Both the position numbers and the translations under genes were made by a program. DNA of 64,000 nucleotides, from positions 352,001-416,000 of the forward strand of contig JAHQJS010000007.1 in assembly GCA_019057385.1 (NCBI GenBank), written 5' to 3'. Shown in pieces: positions 9,914 to 20,205 of the stretch. The notes beneath the pieces were generated by a model. The model did no database searches, was not told where the DNA came from, and was given only the letters and a program-made list of their open reading frames with translations. Position 1 is the stretch's first letter. Each line of letters starts with the position of its first letter. This stretch comes from Candidatus Borrarchaeum weybense. GTDB taxonomy: Archaea; Asgardarchaeota; Sifarchaeia; Borrarchaeales; Borrarchaeaceae.

Positions 9914-10858
9914 TTGGTAATCATAGAAAAGTGTCAATTAAAACATGATGAAAATAAGTGTTCTGAGTTTGAATGTAGATCAATTAACCTCGTTTTTGAT
10001 GACTCCCGAGGTGAACTTATCTGTGATAAGTGTGGTCTAGTTATCGAAGAACATATAATTGATAGAGGACCTGAATGGCGAAGTTTCACAACTGAAGATC
10101 AAAAGAATAAAAGCCGCGTAGGAAGCCCTATTAATTATACTATTCACGATAAAGGATTATCTACAACACTTGGTTATGGGTACCGAGACGCCAAAGGAGG
10201 AAAAATCGCACCAGTGAGACGAGCAGAAATCTACAGATTGCGAAGGTTGCAAAGAAGAGCACGGATTACCAATTGTAGGGAACGAAATCTTGTTCAAGCA
10301 TTTAGAGAGTTAGGCCGCTTATCAAGTCAATTGGGTATTCCAAGATCTACGAAAGAAGAAGCAGCAATTATTTATAAAAAAGCGTGGGAGACTAAAATGG
10401 GAATAGGCATATCTACAGACGTTATGGTTGCTGCTACACTTTATGCCGCCTGTCGAATCAGAAAAAATCCTCTCACCTTAGATGAAGTTGCAAAAAAAGC
10501 ACGAATCAGTAAAAAAATACTTGGTCAATGGTTTCTGCGTCTTAAAAAAACGATAAATCTTTCAGTACCATTAAACACGCCTCGTGACTTTATATCACGC
10601 TTTTCTAATGAATTAAAACTCTCAGACAAAGTCGCCAGGAGAGCCATAAAAATCCTTGAGGATGCCAAAGACGAAGGTATCACAACAGGAAAAACGCCAA
10701 CTGGATTAGCTGCTGCTGCACTTTATTTTGCCGGAGAACTTGAAGATGAAAGAAGAACAAAACTAGAAATTGCAAAGGTAGCACAGGTCACAGACGTAAC
10801 CATAAGAAATAGATACAAGGATTTAGTAAAAAATCTTGAAATAGAAGTTACAGTGTAA
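9914..10858 (+). CDS. tfb: second, divergent TFB paralogue
   Basis: GPEWR, cyclin folds, VTDVTIRNRYKDL; first Zn knuckle is C-x4-C; TTG start after GGAGG. Confidence 0.95.
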   Translation: MVIIEKCQLKHDENKCSEFECRSINLVFDDSRGELICDKCGLVIEEHIIDRGPEWRSFTTEDQKNKSRVGSPINYTIHDKGLSTTLGYGYRDAKGGKIAPVRRAEIYRLRRLQRRARITNCRERNLVQAFRELGRLSSQLGIPRSTKEEAAIIYKKAWETKMGIGISTDVMVAATLYAACRIRKNPLTLDEVAKKARISKKILGQWFLRLKKTINLSVPLNTPRDFISRFSNELKLSDKVARRAIKILEDAKDEGITTGKTPTGLAAAALYFAGELEDERRTKLEIAKVAQVTDVTIRNRYKDLVKNLEIEVTV

Positions 10859-11307
10859 GTGCTTTTAAACCATTTTTATTTTATTCCATTTTCTTTTCAA
10901 TAAATTCTCCAATTTTTCTAGTTAGATTTCTAAATACTTATTCGCCCTTAAACTCAATAACTTCTTCGCAGTACTGGTTTCCCATTGGTATTGCCTTCGT
11001 GAGCTTGTATATTATCTTAAGATAAGGATATTAAAGTGTGTTATTAAACTTAAATACCAGAAATGCTATAGAATATTCGGAGATGGTGCTATGGCAACAA
11101 CCGACGTATTGACAAGGGAGGATTATAGTATATACACAATCTAAGCTTTTGAATTCTTCTGTACCAATGGTACAAAACCTTCTAGCAAAGGTTTGACAGC
11201 ATTTAAAAGTTTATTAGGAGACTTTGTTTTAGATTTTTTCATTCTACGGCATGGATGAAAATTTTAAAAGAATAAAAAATTTCAAAGAATTCAAATGGTG
11301 TTTAATA

Positions 11308-12012
11308 ATGAAGAAGAACACAATTATATTAGGTCTCATTTTTCTTCTTATTATTCTCATTTGTACACCAAATATAACGAGCGCAAAACCTGCGGAAAGA
11401 AAAGATTGGCACGAATTTGAGGATGAGGATGAGAATGTAGAATTAGTGATTATTACATATTTCACCTCCGATACCTTGAAAGAAACTGAAAGGTCAAATC
11501 TTCTTATCGAGGCAAAGATAAAATTCAAATCATCCAATATTGTTAATATAACGATAGCTGCACCTTATAGCATTATAGAACATCCCACTCGTAATGAAAC
11601 GAGATATGAGTCAGTATTTTATGCCGATCCAGAAGATTCTGTAAGAATATCAAGTTTGTTTAAGGAATTATGCTTATTATATAGTCCTAAAGAGCAAGAG
11701 GCGAATATTATGGGGAGTGTATGGTGCAGGCAGGGTACTTATGAATCGAAGATTAACTTTAATTACGAACTTTTTGTTATCATCAATTATGATGATGACA
11801 CGACCGCGAACCACACTATTTCTAATCAGGCACCGTTGACATTAGAGGTTTTTGGAGGAGGTGGAGGTTTTGCAGGGGTTGCTGATGAAGTGTGGACGTC
11901 TCTTCTCATTACGTTTGCTTTAACTATTGGACTTTCCATTGCTATCGTTATTATTAATAAGAAACGATCGAAACGTAAACGGGGACTAAAAAGGAAAGGA
12001 GAAATGGAATAA
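11308..12012 (+). CDS. secreted protein with C-terminal membrane anchor
   Basis: MKKN plus hydrophobic signal; C-terminal TM followed by a K/R-rich tail; first gene of the ABC operon. Confidence 0.8.
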   Translation: MKKNTIILGLIFLLIILICTPNITSAKPAERKDWHEFEDEDENVELVIITYFTSDTLKETERSNLLIEAKIKFKSSNIVNITIAAPYSIIEHPTRNETRYESVFYADPEDSVRISSLFKELCLLYSPKEQEANIMGSVWCRQGTYESKINFNYELFVIINYDDDTTANHTISNQAPLTLEVFGGGGGFAGVADEVWTSLLITFALTIGLSIAIVIINKKRSKRKRGLKRKGEME

Positions 12013-12013
12013 A

Positions 12014-12757
12014 GTGCAGAAGTTAAGAGGTATGATACTATCATTTTTATTGATTTTATTTATTTTCTCGATCGTGACTTCACCCTCCATTCAATCAAAT
12101 GGTCAAGACACATTCCCTCAAAATGAATTTGTGCTTGGATTCAGGCAATCTGCATTCACTGAAGTCTTTGGAAATGGGACTTTTTATGATACTGAAATAA
12201 ACCCAGTTGAGTTTTATGTCTGGTTTGAAAGTAAAGATGTAGATGGCAACAAAATAACGGTTGCAGATACTTACAAACCTGAAGAATGGCAGAGAATCAG
12301 AACATATGAAGTCGATTTATACTCGCGCCGAGGAGATGTGCAAGATCAGCAGGGTATTATGTGGTGGATAAATGTGGCTGATTTTTCCAGTGGATCGCGA
12401 ATTAAAATTGGCAGAGAGACTCTTCAAGCAATTGGTGAAGACACATACTTTGCATTAGGAGCTGTGCGTGAATGCTATATTTTTCAACGAAAAATACAGT
12501 CGATTGATGGAGAAAATAAAACTATTGAAACAAGATATGATCTGGAAAGTGGTGTACTTTTCGAATATCGATGGCGAAATGATACTTACGCCACCATAAT
12601 ATCGCTTACATTAGCTAAAAACGTAGATATGAGTATTCACATGTCTTACTACTTTCCTATCTTCATTCCTCTCGCAATAATCCCTCCTCTACTAGCTTAT
12701 TTCGTATCGAGACCTAAAATAACGAAGAAGAAAAAGATGATCAAAGAAGGACGGTAG
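12014..12757 (+). CDS. secreted protein with C-terminal membrane anchor
   Basis: Signal peptide, C-terminal TM, basic tail. Confidence 0.8.
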   Translation: MQKLRGMILSFLLILFIFSIVTSPSIQSNGQDTFPQNEFVLGFRQSAFTEVFGNGTFYDTEINPVEFYVWFESKDVDGNKITVADTYKPEEWQRIRTYEVDLYSRRGDVQDQQGIMWWINVADFSSGSRIKIGRETLQAIGEDTYFALGAVRECYIFQRKIQSIDGENKTIETRYDLESGVLFEYRWRNDTYATIISLTLAKNVDMSIHMSYYFPIFIPLAIIPPLLAYFVSRPKITKKKKMIKEGR

Positions 12758-12760
12758 CTA

Positions 12761-13738
12761 ATGGAATTTGCAATTAAGGTAAGAAATCTAGAAAAGTTCT
12801 ATGGAAACTTTCAGGCTGTAAAAGGAATAGATTTTGACGTTCCATGTGGATCATGTTTTGGATTTCTTGGTCCTAATGGGGCTGGAAAAACAACTACGCT
12901 TATGATTCTCGTAAACCTCCTGAAAGCATCAAAGGGCACTGCAGAACTTCTCGGTTTTGATAGCAGAAGTATTGAAGCACGCGAAAAAATCGGCTATCTT
13001 CCTGAACGACTCGGTCTTAATGATACTTGGACTTTATTTGATTTTTTGATATTCATTGGCGCACTATACGGACTCTCAAGAAAAACTTCCAAAGACAACG
13101 CCTTAGAGTTACTTGATTGGGTCGGTTTAGCAGGTTGGGAATATAACAAGATTGGTAGTCTATCTGGGGGAATGAGACAACGCCTAGGTTTAGCGCAAGC
13201 CCTTCTTAATGACCCTGAATTGCTTATTCTCGACGAACCTACTGCTAACCTTGACGCAATTGGCCGTGCAGAGATTTTAGATAAAATAAAACTTATGGTT
13301 GAACGTGAAAAGAAAACCGTCTTGATATCGTCCCACATTCTTTCTGAAGTCGAAAAAGTTGCAGACAATATTGCCATTATTAACAAAGGTAAAATCGTGA
13401 CTCAAGGTCAATTAAGTGCACTTCAAAATGAGAAAATGGCAACGTTTGAAGTAAAGGTAAGTGATCCTTATGCGTTAAAAGAGGAAATGGAAAAACTCGA
13501 TTTTATTTTATCTGCAGATATCAACGAGAGAAATCAATTGATTGTTGAATGCAACGACAAAGAAAGACTAAGTAAGGCACTTGTTAGAGTCATTGTCGAA
13601 CGCGATTTGGCCCTATATCAATTTAGTCCTATTAGGGAATCACTTGAGTCTCTTTTCATGAGACTTGTCCGGGAAATCGAAGTATCGCCAAGCCAAATTC
13701 AAGAAATAAATCCTTCATCGATCAAATACAAAGGGTGA
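12761..13738 (+). CDS. ABC-2 type exporter ATP-binding subunit
   Basis: GPNGAGKTT, LSGGMRQR, LILDEP, SSH. Confidence 0.95.
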   Translation: MEFAIKVRNLEKFYGNFQAVKGIDFDVPCGSCFGFLGPNGAGKTTTLMILVNLLKASKGTAELLGFDSRSIEAREKIGYLPERLGLNDTWTLFDFLIFIGALYGLSRKTSKDNALELLDWVGLAGWEYNKIGSLSGGMRQRLGLAQALLNDPELLILDEPTANLDAIGRAEILDKIKLMVEREKKTVLISSHILSEVEKVADNIAIINKGKIVTQGQLSALQNEKMATFEVKVSDPYALKEEMEKLDFILSADINERNQLIVECNDKERLSKALVRVIVERDLALYQFSPIRESLESLFMRLVREIEVSPSQIQEINPSSIKYKG

Positions 13739-14628
13739 TTTTTGCAATGAAAAGGATAAGGATTAAAACCATTTTGCGATTAGCCTTTGAGGAGATTTTA
13801 TTAGCGTTCCGAAGTAAAAAATTCTTAATCTTTGTCGCTGTAATGATTGCCCCTGTAATTGTAATTGCTTTAGTATTTGGAATTGCACTTGTTCCTGAAC
13901 AGATTAGGAATGGCGAGATAATTCTTTTCATACAAGGTGAAGAACTCGGAAGAGAACAAATACTAGAAAGCATGATTGATTCCTTGAAAGAGTTTGGAAA
14001 TTTCGCACGATTTTTCTGGGTAGGATTGCCAATTATCGCGATCACTTCAATTTTAACTAGTGAGTATATCGCTGGAGAATATTCACAAAGGACTCTACAC
14101 ACCTTCGTTTCTAAGCCTATATATCGATCCGAATTCGTTCTAATGAAGTTCTTATCCTTTGTAGTAGTTTCCTTTGTGTTGTTTTCTTTTGTATACTGCA
14201 GTATCCTTTTGTGCACTAGTATTGTTCCCGCACACTTCGGATTGCTTTCCGATTGGGTAGCGAGCGAGGAAATATGGAATACTTCTTTTGCGTGGATTTG
14301 GATCTCTGAGTTGTTTATATTAGCAATCGCTTCAATGTCCTTGCTTTTTTCCTCAATAACTAAAAGAGCAATTTTAGCAGGCATCTTGCCGATCTTTTTC
14401 TTTTTTGGAATGAATCTGGTTACCTCCATTTTTGGATTCTATGAGTATGCCTACTATGATGTCTTGTACAGCACGGGTATCATTTGGACAGTTGAAGTTT
14501 TTGGCGAAAACGCTCTTGAGGGAACTGTGCACATAGATCCAACAATAGGCGTTGTGACTCTAGTTTTATTCATAATACTACCCTTACTGTTCAGTATAAT
14601 TATTCTTGAGAGAAAGGATTTGGAATGA
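13735..14628 (+). CDS. ABC-2 type permease
   Basis: About 6 TMs; IAGEYSQRTL...KPIYRSEF..MKF motif; overlaps the ATPase stop. Confidence 0.9.
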   Translation: MIFAMKRIRIKTILRLAFEEILLAFRSKKFLIFVAVMIAPVIVIALVFGIALVPEQIRNGEIILFIQGEELGREQILESMIDSLKEFGNFARFFWVGLPIIAITSILTSEYIAGEYSQRTLHTFVSKPIYRSEFVLMKFLSFVVVSFVLFSFVYCSILLCTSIVPAHFGLLSDWVASEEIWNTSFAWIWISELFILAIASMSLLFSSITKRAILAGILPIFFFFGMNLVTSIFGFYEYAYYDVLYSTGIIWTVEVFGENALEGTVHIDPTIGVVTLVLFIILPLLFSIIILERKDLE

Positions 14629-14702
14629 CTGATTTTCATAATTTGTCCAAAGAAAAAGGTCAGCAAAATATATATGTAAAAAAAGTGTATACGTGGATTT
14701 AT

Positions 14703-15035
14703 AACCAATTCGCAAGAAGACCCCCCAACGTGTTAGGGGGATGAATTGCGTTTTTTACTTGTTTCACTTTCACACAGCTCTGCCTAACACTTAAATAGCA
14801 GTTAACTACTATCTCAGTGTGCAGTATGCCGAGGTGTCTGGCTTGGCGTTGGGAGCGTACACAAGACACAGTACCGATGAGGGTACTGTCGGACCTCAAG
14901 TGTCCCTTGAGGGACGGGGGCTGCCGTGGACCAGCCCGAACTGTCGATGACTAGGCTTCATGTGACCAACCGTGTTGGCTAAGCAGAACAGTCTAGGAGG
15001 GCAGAAGCCACCTAACTTGTTGGGTAGTAGTTCAC
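14703..15035 (+). mobile_element. complete non-autonomous IS200/IS605 element (333 bp) carrying a TnpB-type omegaRNA-like scaffold
   Basis: TTTAT target motif, then a left-end hairpin CCCCCCAAC..GTTAGGGGG; GC-rich stem-loops; right end GAAGCCACCTAAC..GTTGGGTAGTAGTTCAC; no ORF of transposase size. Confidence 0.85.
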
Positions 15036-15053
15036 CCTGAATCATTATAGATC

Positions 15054-15451
15054 GTGATTCTTAGTTCGAGATTCTTGGTTCTACAACCTCCAAATAATCA
15101 GAACCCACTTTTTATCTGTGCTTGTTGTGGATGTTGTAGTAAAGTTTTATTCAATATGAAGAAATTTCCTCGCCAAAATGAAGTTTATACATCAAACTAT
15201 TTTGCGGTAGTTGACCCCGAAGAATGTGCAGGTTGTGAAACATGGATAGATCGTTGCCAGATGGAAGCGTTATCCATGGTAGATGAGGTGTCAAAAGTAG
15301 ACTTGGACAGATGTATTGGTTGTGGTCTTTGTGTGACCACTTGCCCCTCAGACGCTATCCAACTCCAGAAAAGAGAAAAGGAAATAGTACCTCGAAGGAT
15401 ACGGCCGACCTTTATCAACAGATCATGATGAAAAAAATGGGAATGGCATAG
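15054..15451 (+). pseudogene. decayed C-terminal fragment of a 4Fe-4S dicluster protein
   Basis: ICACCGCC plus two ferredoxin motifs, one broken (CAGCETW); apparent frameshift near 15395 (alternative frame KDTADLYQQIMMKK); N-terminus missing next to the IS remnant. Confidence 0.72.
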
Positions 15452-15884
15452 TTTAAAACTGATTGGCAAGAAGATATTGGGTTGCGTATTAAAAAAATCA
15501 CTGGTTAGACCGTCTTGTTCAGTTTTATTTAGTTTTAATAATTTATTTTCTTTTTTCTTCTTTAAGAAGAAGGAATACGCGACGCCTTCAGGCGACCATA
15601 GTTTTGTTAGAACATATGTTCAAAGAAAGAGTTCCCTTTTCTCGATATGTCGCGACAGTCATCAAACTGTGCAGAACTCAATTCTTAGAGCACTTAAGGA
15701 TTTTGTTATAAGATCCTAAGGATGAATTTCTAAAAAACCAATTTGAAAATTTTGAAATCGGCTGCATGATTGTTTTTAAAATGGTCGGTTATTTCTATAA
15801 AAAAAGATGTGCAGGGATGTATAAAAGGAATGCATGGCACACAACATCCTTCTATACATAACCCTTATTCTTAACGGGATGTCC

Positions 15885-16169
15885 TCATCCATGGCTTTTG
15901 GTACGATCTTCATCTGTTCCATGCGATTGATAATTCACTTCTGAGGAATAATGCAAAAAGGTTTTCTGTAGGTCTTCTTTTGAAAACCACCCGGATTCGT
16001 AGGCCTCCACAGCTATATGGAGTAACTCAACTTTTGAGATATTGTTTTCGTGATTGCCTTGTTCGTCAACGTTATTCCAATAAAGAGAGAAACAATCCTT
16101 AATGGTAGAAAGAGGGACTTCTCCTTGTAGGAATTTATTCAATTCGTTACATAATTCCGAATATTGCAT
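15885..16169 (-). CDS. small hypothetical protein
   Basis: 94-aa ORF with strong purine-rich SD (GGAGGAAGGGAG); no recognisable motif. Confidence 0.5.
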   Translation of the reverse strand: MQYSELCNELNKFLQGEVPLSTIKDCFSLYWNNVDEQGNHENNISKVELLHIAVEAYESGWFSKEDLQKTFLHYSSEVNYQSHGTDEDRTKSHG

Positions 16170-17176
16170 GCCGTTCTCCCTTCCTCCTGTGTTTCCAGTC
16201 TACGAATGTGTAGACCACGATCTAGTGCCCCAACTTCGAGTGCGAATAGCAACGCTTTACCTGTCGACCATTACAACTGCTACCACAAAAAAGTCTTGAA
16301 AGTATGATAGGTCTTCTTTGAAAGAGTGTCTTAGCTTCAGAGATTCTGTTTCGTCGTATGAACGATGTATTTACTTATTTATGTAATAGAACACGCTTGT
16401 CGGTGTCTTAAATAGTTTGTAGAAAAATTCTACGCATGTTCTAAGATCGTAAAAGAATAGCAGTCTGAACCTATCACGTGCGGAATAATTCCGGGGAGAA
16501 GTCTATTTATTATAACTAACATACTCCTATAGGAGTAAATTCAGTATCGTTTCGATATCAATCAACTAAAAATAGTGTATTCGAGCGTTAATGTGGAGTT
16601 ATAGTGACACTTCCAAGACAATTTCCAAAAAATCAATGTGAAACTTTTCAAATTGGCGGCAGCATTGTTTTCAAAATGACATCGTTCCTCCGTCGATGAC
16701 GTAGAAATTTGGTAAAGCGGTGTCTCTGGAAACTTGAAATTCACGAAAATGAAGATCTTTGTTTTTTCAGAAATATAGTAGCATTTTTTTATGAGATCGG
16801 AGAGAATATCCTCACAGAGCCGGTTTTTAGTTCCAGGTCTCGGACCATAGCTTGAGCATAAAGTTCGAGGAAATTGACGCGCACCCTTTTTGAAAAACAA
16901 GTGTCCTGGGGTTAAAGTTGTTTCTGGCAAAAAAGATATAAGAAATTTCTCTTTCATGCAATTCAAATTGCATATCTCACTATTCGTTCATCCGTTTTTG
17001 TGGTTTTGTAAAAAAAACCATGTTTTGACAAAATCCTTATCTTCCCTAAGAATTGAGATAAATTCATTTTTGTCATTTAAATTGACGATTCAAAAACTAT
17101 TTTTAACAAAATAACAATATTTCAATCACTATCCTTTCGAATGTTGAATAATATCACAAATCAAGAGTGAATTCTA

Positions 17177-17629
17177 ATGGATAAGAGAACATATATTCTC
17201 TATTTTTGTGAACAATGCGGTAAAAGTGGAATGGCAGACTTCACAAAAGAAGACGAAGAATTTGCCCTGCAAAACGGTGGATTGTTTACAAGAATACTAG
17301 ATCATGGTGATCACATCTTAGAATTAAGAGTAGATGTTCACGGTGTTGTACGGCAAGAATATATTTTTAGGAAAATCGAATTTGAAACGTCAATGGAACT
17401 TTTTCGCATAATAAAAAAGAGTGATAGTAGGCAACTATGTTTTAACGCATTAGAACGACTAATTGGATTTACCTCTGAAAATGAAGATGAATTTAATCAA
17501 GATATCTATACTGTAAAAGAAATAAAATCCAAAATCAGCATGCTCAGATCGGTTTTTGAATCATTGAAAGAAGAAGTTGATGAAGTAGAGAAATGTTTAA
17601 GTGAATTCAAGACAGAAGTTCGCGTTTGA
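17177..17629 (+). CDS. hypothetical protein: CxxC...GGL...HGDH...D..G.VR domain plus coiled coil
   Basis: 152-codon-scale ORF (150 aa); N-terminus parallels 1077..1796; heptad C-terminus. Confidence 0.75.
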   Translation: MDKRTYILYFCEQCGKSGMADFTKEDEEFALQNGGLFTRILDHGDHILELRVDVHGVVRQEYIFRKIEFETSMELFRIIKKSDSRQLCFNALERLIGFTSENEDEFNQDIYTVKEIKSKISMLRSVFESLKEEVDEVEKCLSEFKTEVRV

Positions 17630-17877
17630 AATTTCCCTTGAACAAAATAGAGTAGAACTGTATTAGAAAACAATATTTCTTTCAGTTATTTAGCTTTATT
17701 GCAGATCAAGTGAACAATGCTAAAAAAGTGAAGAAATTCTAGATACAGCAGATAAACATGTTTTTGCGATCAATGACTCTCTAGAACTAGATTAATTATG
17801 CCAAATAGTTAATTTTATATATCAATTTAATGATTGACGTTAAACACAGTGATCCTGAAATTATTAGAGGAATGGAA

Positions 17878-19014
17878 ATGGCGTATAAGGTAGCAGTTAT
17901 TGATACATTTTATTCAAATGATTTGAGTACCCTTGAATCAGGATTAAATGAGCACAACATAGATGTTGATGTTTATCACCCGGATATAAAAGATTTTACA
18001 AAATTAGATGAATATGACGTTATTGTAATTCAGCATCTTGACTTTGGCAGAAAAGGTGCACATGAACATTTGGATCCAGATCGTTGTAAACTTGTTTTGC
18101 GAGCTGGCGTTGGTTATGATGAACTAGACCTCCCTGCATTGACAGAACTAGGAATTCCAGCGGTGAATGTTCCTGGTTATGGTCCAAATTCAGTTGGTCA
18201 ACATACCATTCAATATATTCTAGCATTAGCAGGTCATTCAAATGAGTATCACCATAGAGTTGTTACTGCGAGAGATCTCGACATAGGGAGAGAACAATCA
18301 GGAGAAGATAAATGGGTGAGTCAGAGTAGAATACCGAGTGCTCCCTTATATAAATCAGTTTTAGGAATATTAGGTTATGGGAGAATCGGCAGAAAGGTTG
18401 CAGAATTTGTTCAGCACGTTTTTAAAGAAATTGTGGCATATGATCCTTATCTCGACGAAGAAATTTTTCAGAAAGGTAAGGTAAGAAGAGTAGATCTTGA
18501 TGAATTACTTGAAACTGCTGATTTTATTTCTGTACACGTTCCATTATTTGAAAAACGTGAACGAGTCTATTTGGGATTCGAAAAAAACTATCAGCGTACT
18601 GAAATGTTTTATGAATCAACAGTAGGTTTAATCGACGAAGAACAAATTTCAAAAATGAAGGATGGTGCCTTCCTAATTAACACAGCCAGAGGACCGGTTG
18701 TTAACGAATCTGCGGTTATTAAAGCCTTAGAGAACGGAAAACTTGGTGGTGTAGCATTGGATGTTTTTGAAGAAGAACCTTTAGCAAGAAACCATTCACT
18801 AAGAAAAATGGCTGCGACTTCTCTACCTGCAGGACATCCTTTGAGAAAGACAGGGCAAGAAAAATACAATATAATTTTAACATGCCACAGTGCTTATCTT
18901 CTTAGAGGCACCTTTAATACAGTATTGGAATTATCTGTAGAGGAAATAGTGCGTGTCCTTATTGATAAACAGTTACCGCATAATTTATTGAACCCAGAAG
19001 TACTGCAAAACTAG
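17878..19014 (+). CDS. D-isomer-specific 2-hydroxyacid dehydrogenase
   Basis: RAGVGYD, GYGRIG, INTARG, LDVFEEEP, CHSA; start moved to the ATG after GAGGA. Confidence 0.9.
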   Translation: MAYKVAVIDTFYSNDLSTLESGLNEHNIDVDVYHPDIKDFTKLDEYDVIVIQHLDFGRKGAHEHLDPDRCKLVLRAGVGYDELDLPALTELGIPAVNVPGYGPNSVGQHTIQYILALAGHSNEYHHRVVTARDLDIGREQSGEDKWVSQSRIPSAPLYKSVLGILGYGRIGRKVAEFVQHVFKEIVAYDPYLDEEIFQKGKVRRVDLDELLETADFISVHVPLFEKRERVYLGFEKNYQRTEMFYESTVGLIDEEQISKMKDGAFLINTARGPVVNESAVIKALENGKLGGVALDVFEEEPLARNHSLRKMAATSLPAGHPLRKTGQEKYNIILTCHSAYLLRGTFNTVLELSVEEIVRVLIDKQLPHNLLNPEVLQN

Positions 19015-19228
19015 TAATTTTGCCTTTACAGATCGAAAGGATAGAATAAAAACAACTAATTAAGACTGAATAAGTTTTTACACTGAATACAAGCATTTAC
19101 ATAACAATTTTCAGGAAACATACTTGAGCTTAGGTTTAAATTACAGCTCCTAATGATAAGATGAAATTTTCCACAAGAATAATAATTAAATAGGTAGAAA
19201 TACAAGAGTAAGGTAAGGAGGCTCATAA

Positions 19229-19300
19229 ATGTCAGATCTTAAGAAGAAAATTAGAGGAAAAAAGGGCAAAGACATTCTTGGTAAGCTTAAGAAAAAGTAA
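19229..19300 (+). CDS. 23-aa lysine-rich microprotein (MSDLKKKIRGKKGKDILGKLKKK)
   Basis: AGGAGG SD 7 nt upstream; isolated ORF followed by T-rich tracts; below the ORF-track cutoff. Confidence 0.6.
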   Translation: MSDLKKKIRGKKGKDILGKLKKK

Positions 19301-19472
19301 ATGAATACAAGAATGAATTTTTATTCCTTTTCAATATCTTCTTTTTTACTTTAGAAGATACTTATTAATTTTCTATCCTGCGCTTAAATCATGTTCTAGT
19401 AATTTTAAGGTAATTTTTTTCTTAATCTGCCTTTCTCATGCATGTAATATTGGTTAGTTCACAAATTACGAG

Positions 19473-20063
19473 TTAAAGTGCCTCTAAATTACGCGTCTCT
19501 TTTGATAGAATTTCCAGAAAAGTCTCCATTTCTTTTTGTCTGATCTTACCTATTTGACGTGCTTGAGGCGTATGTAATTTTTCTGGGAGTTCTTTGATAA
19601 ATTGCTGAATTCTCTTTATTGCACTTTTCAAGTCTGGCGCCCAATCAGAGATACCAACGATCGACAACAGCCTTGTCACTCCGATTATGCCCATGAAATC
19701 TAAAACATCTGCGTCGTGAAAGATAATTGATTCCTTTCGTGCAGAAGGATTTTCATAAAACATATGACCGCTAATAATATCTTTAACAAGAGGAATTTTT
19801 TCCACCGGAAAGCCCATTGGGGTAAGGATTTCTTCTATAAGTTGAATTGATCGCTCTGCGTGGTCTATTTCTGGCTGCCTGTGGGGCTCAAATGCACCAA
19901 TGTCATGAAGATAGGCTGCTGCAAATAGTGCATCTTGATCAACATCAATATTTTGCTCCTTGGCTAATTGAAGTGATAATTCGTAAATTCGTTGAAAATG
20001 AGAAAAACCCCAAGCCGGATGCTTGAGTTGTTCTGTGAATGCAAGTAATTGCTGTTTCCACAT
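19473..20063 (-). CDS. HD-domain phosphohydrolase
   Basis: H..R, AAYLHDIG, DHA, HDADVLD. Confidence 0.9.
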   Translation of the reverse strand: MWKQQLLAFTEQLKHPAWGFSHFQRIYELSLQLAKEQNIDVDQDALFAAAYLHDIGAFEPHRQPEIDHAERSIQLIEEILTPMGFPVEKIPLVKDIISGHMFYENPSARKESIIFHDADVLDFMGIIGVTRLLSIVGISDWAPDLKSAIKRIQQFIKELPEKLHTPQARQIGKIRQKEMETFLEILSKETRNLEAL

Positions 20064-20205
20064 TAACGATCACCTTTTGAACCAACATTGACTTTATATA
20101 CAATAGATAAAGTTAACTATTCCTCACAATAAAATCGTTTTTGAAATACAATTTAGAATTATTGAATTTAAGAAGTTATTAGATGAATAAAAAAGAGGGA
20201 TCTCG

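Noticed and set aside
13722-14429. 235-aa minus-strand ORF and the many other short antisense ORFs in the track
   Set aside because: Shadows of well-supported genes on the opposite strand
14699-14899. 66-aa minus-strand ORF
   Set aside because: Antisense to the IS element; no transposase motifs
16562-17114. ORFs 16562..16966 and 16890..17114
   Set aside because: Overlapping, atypical composition, no SD or motif
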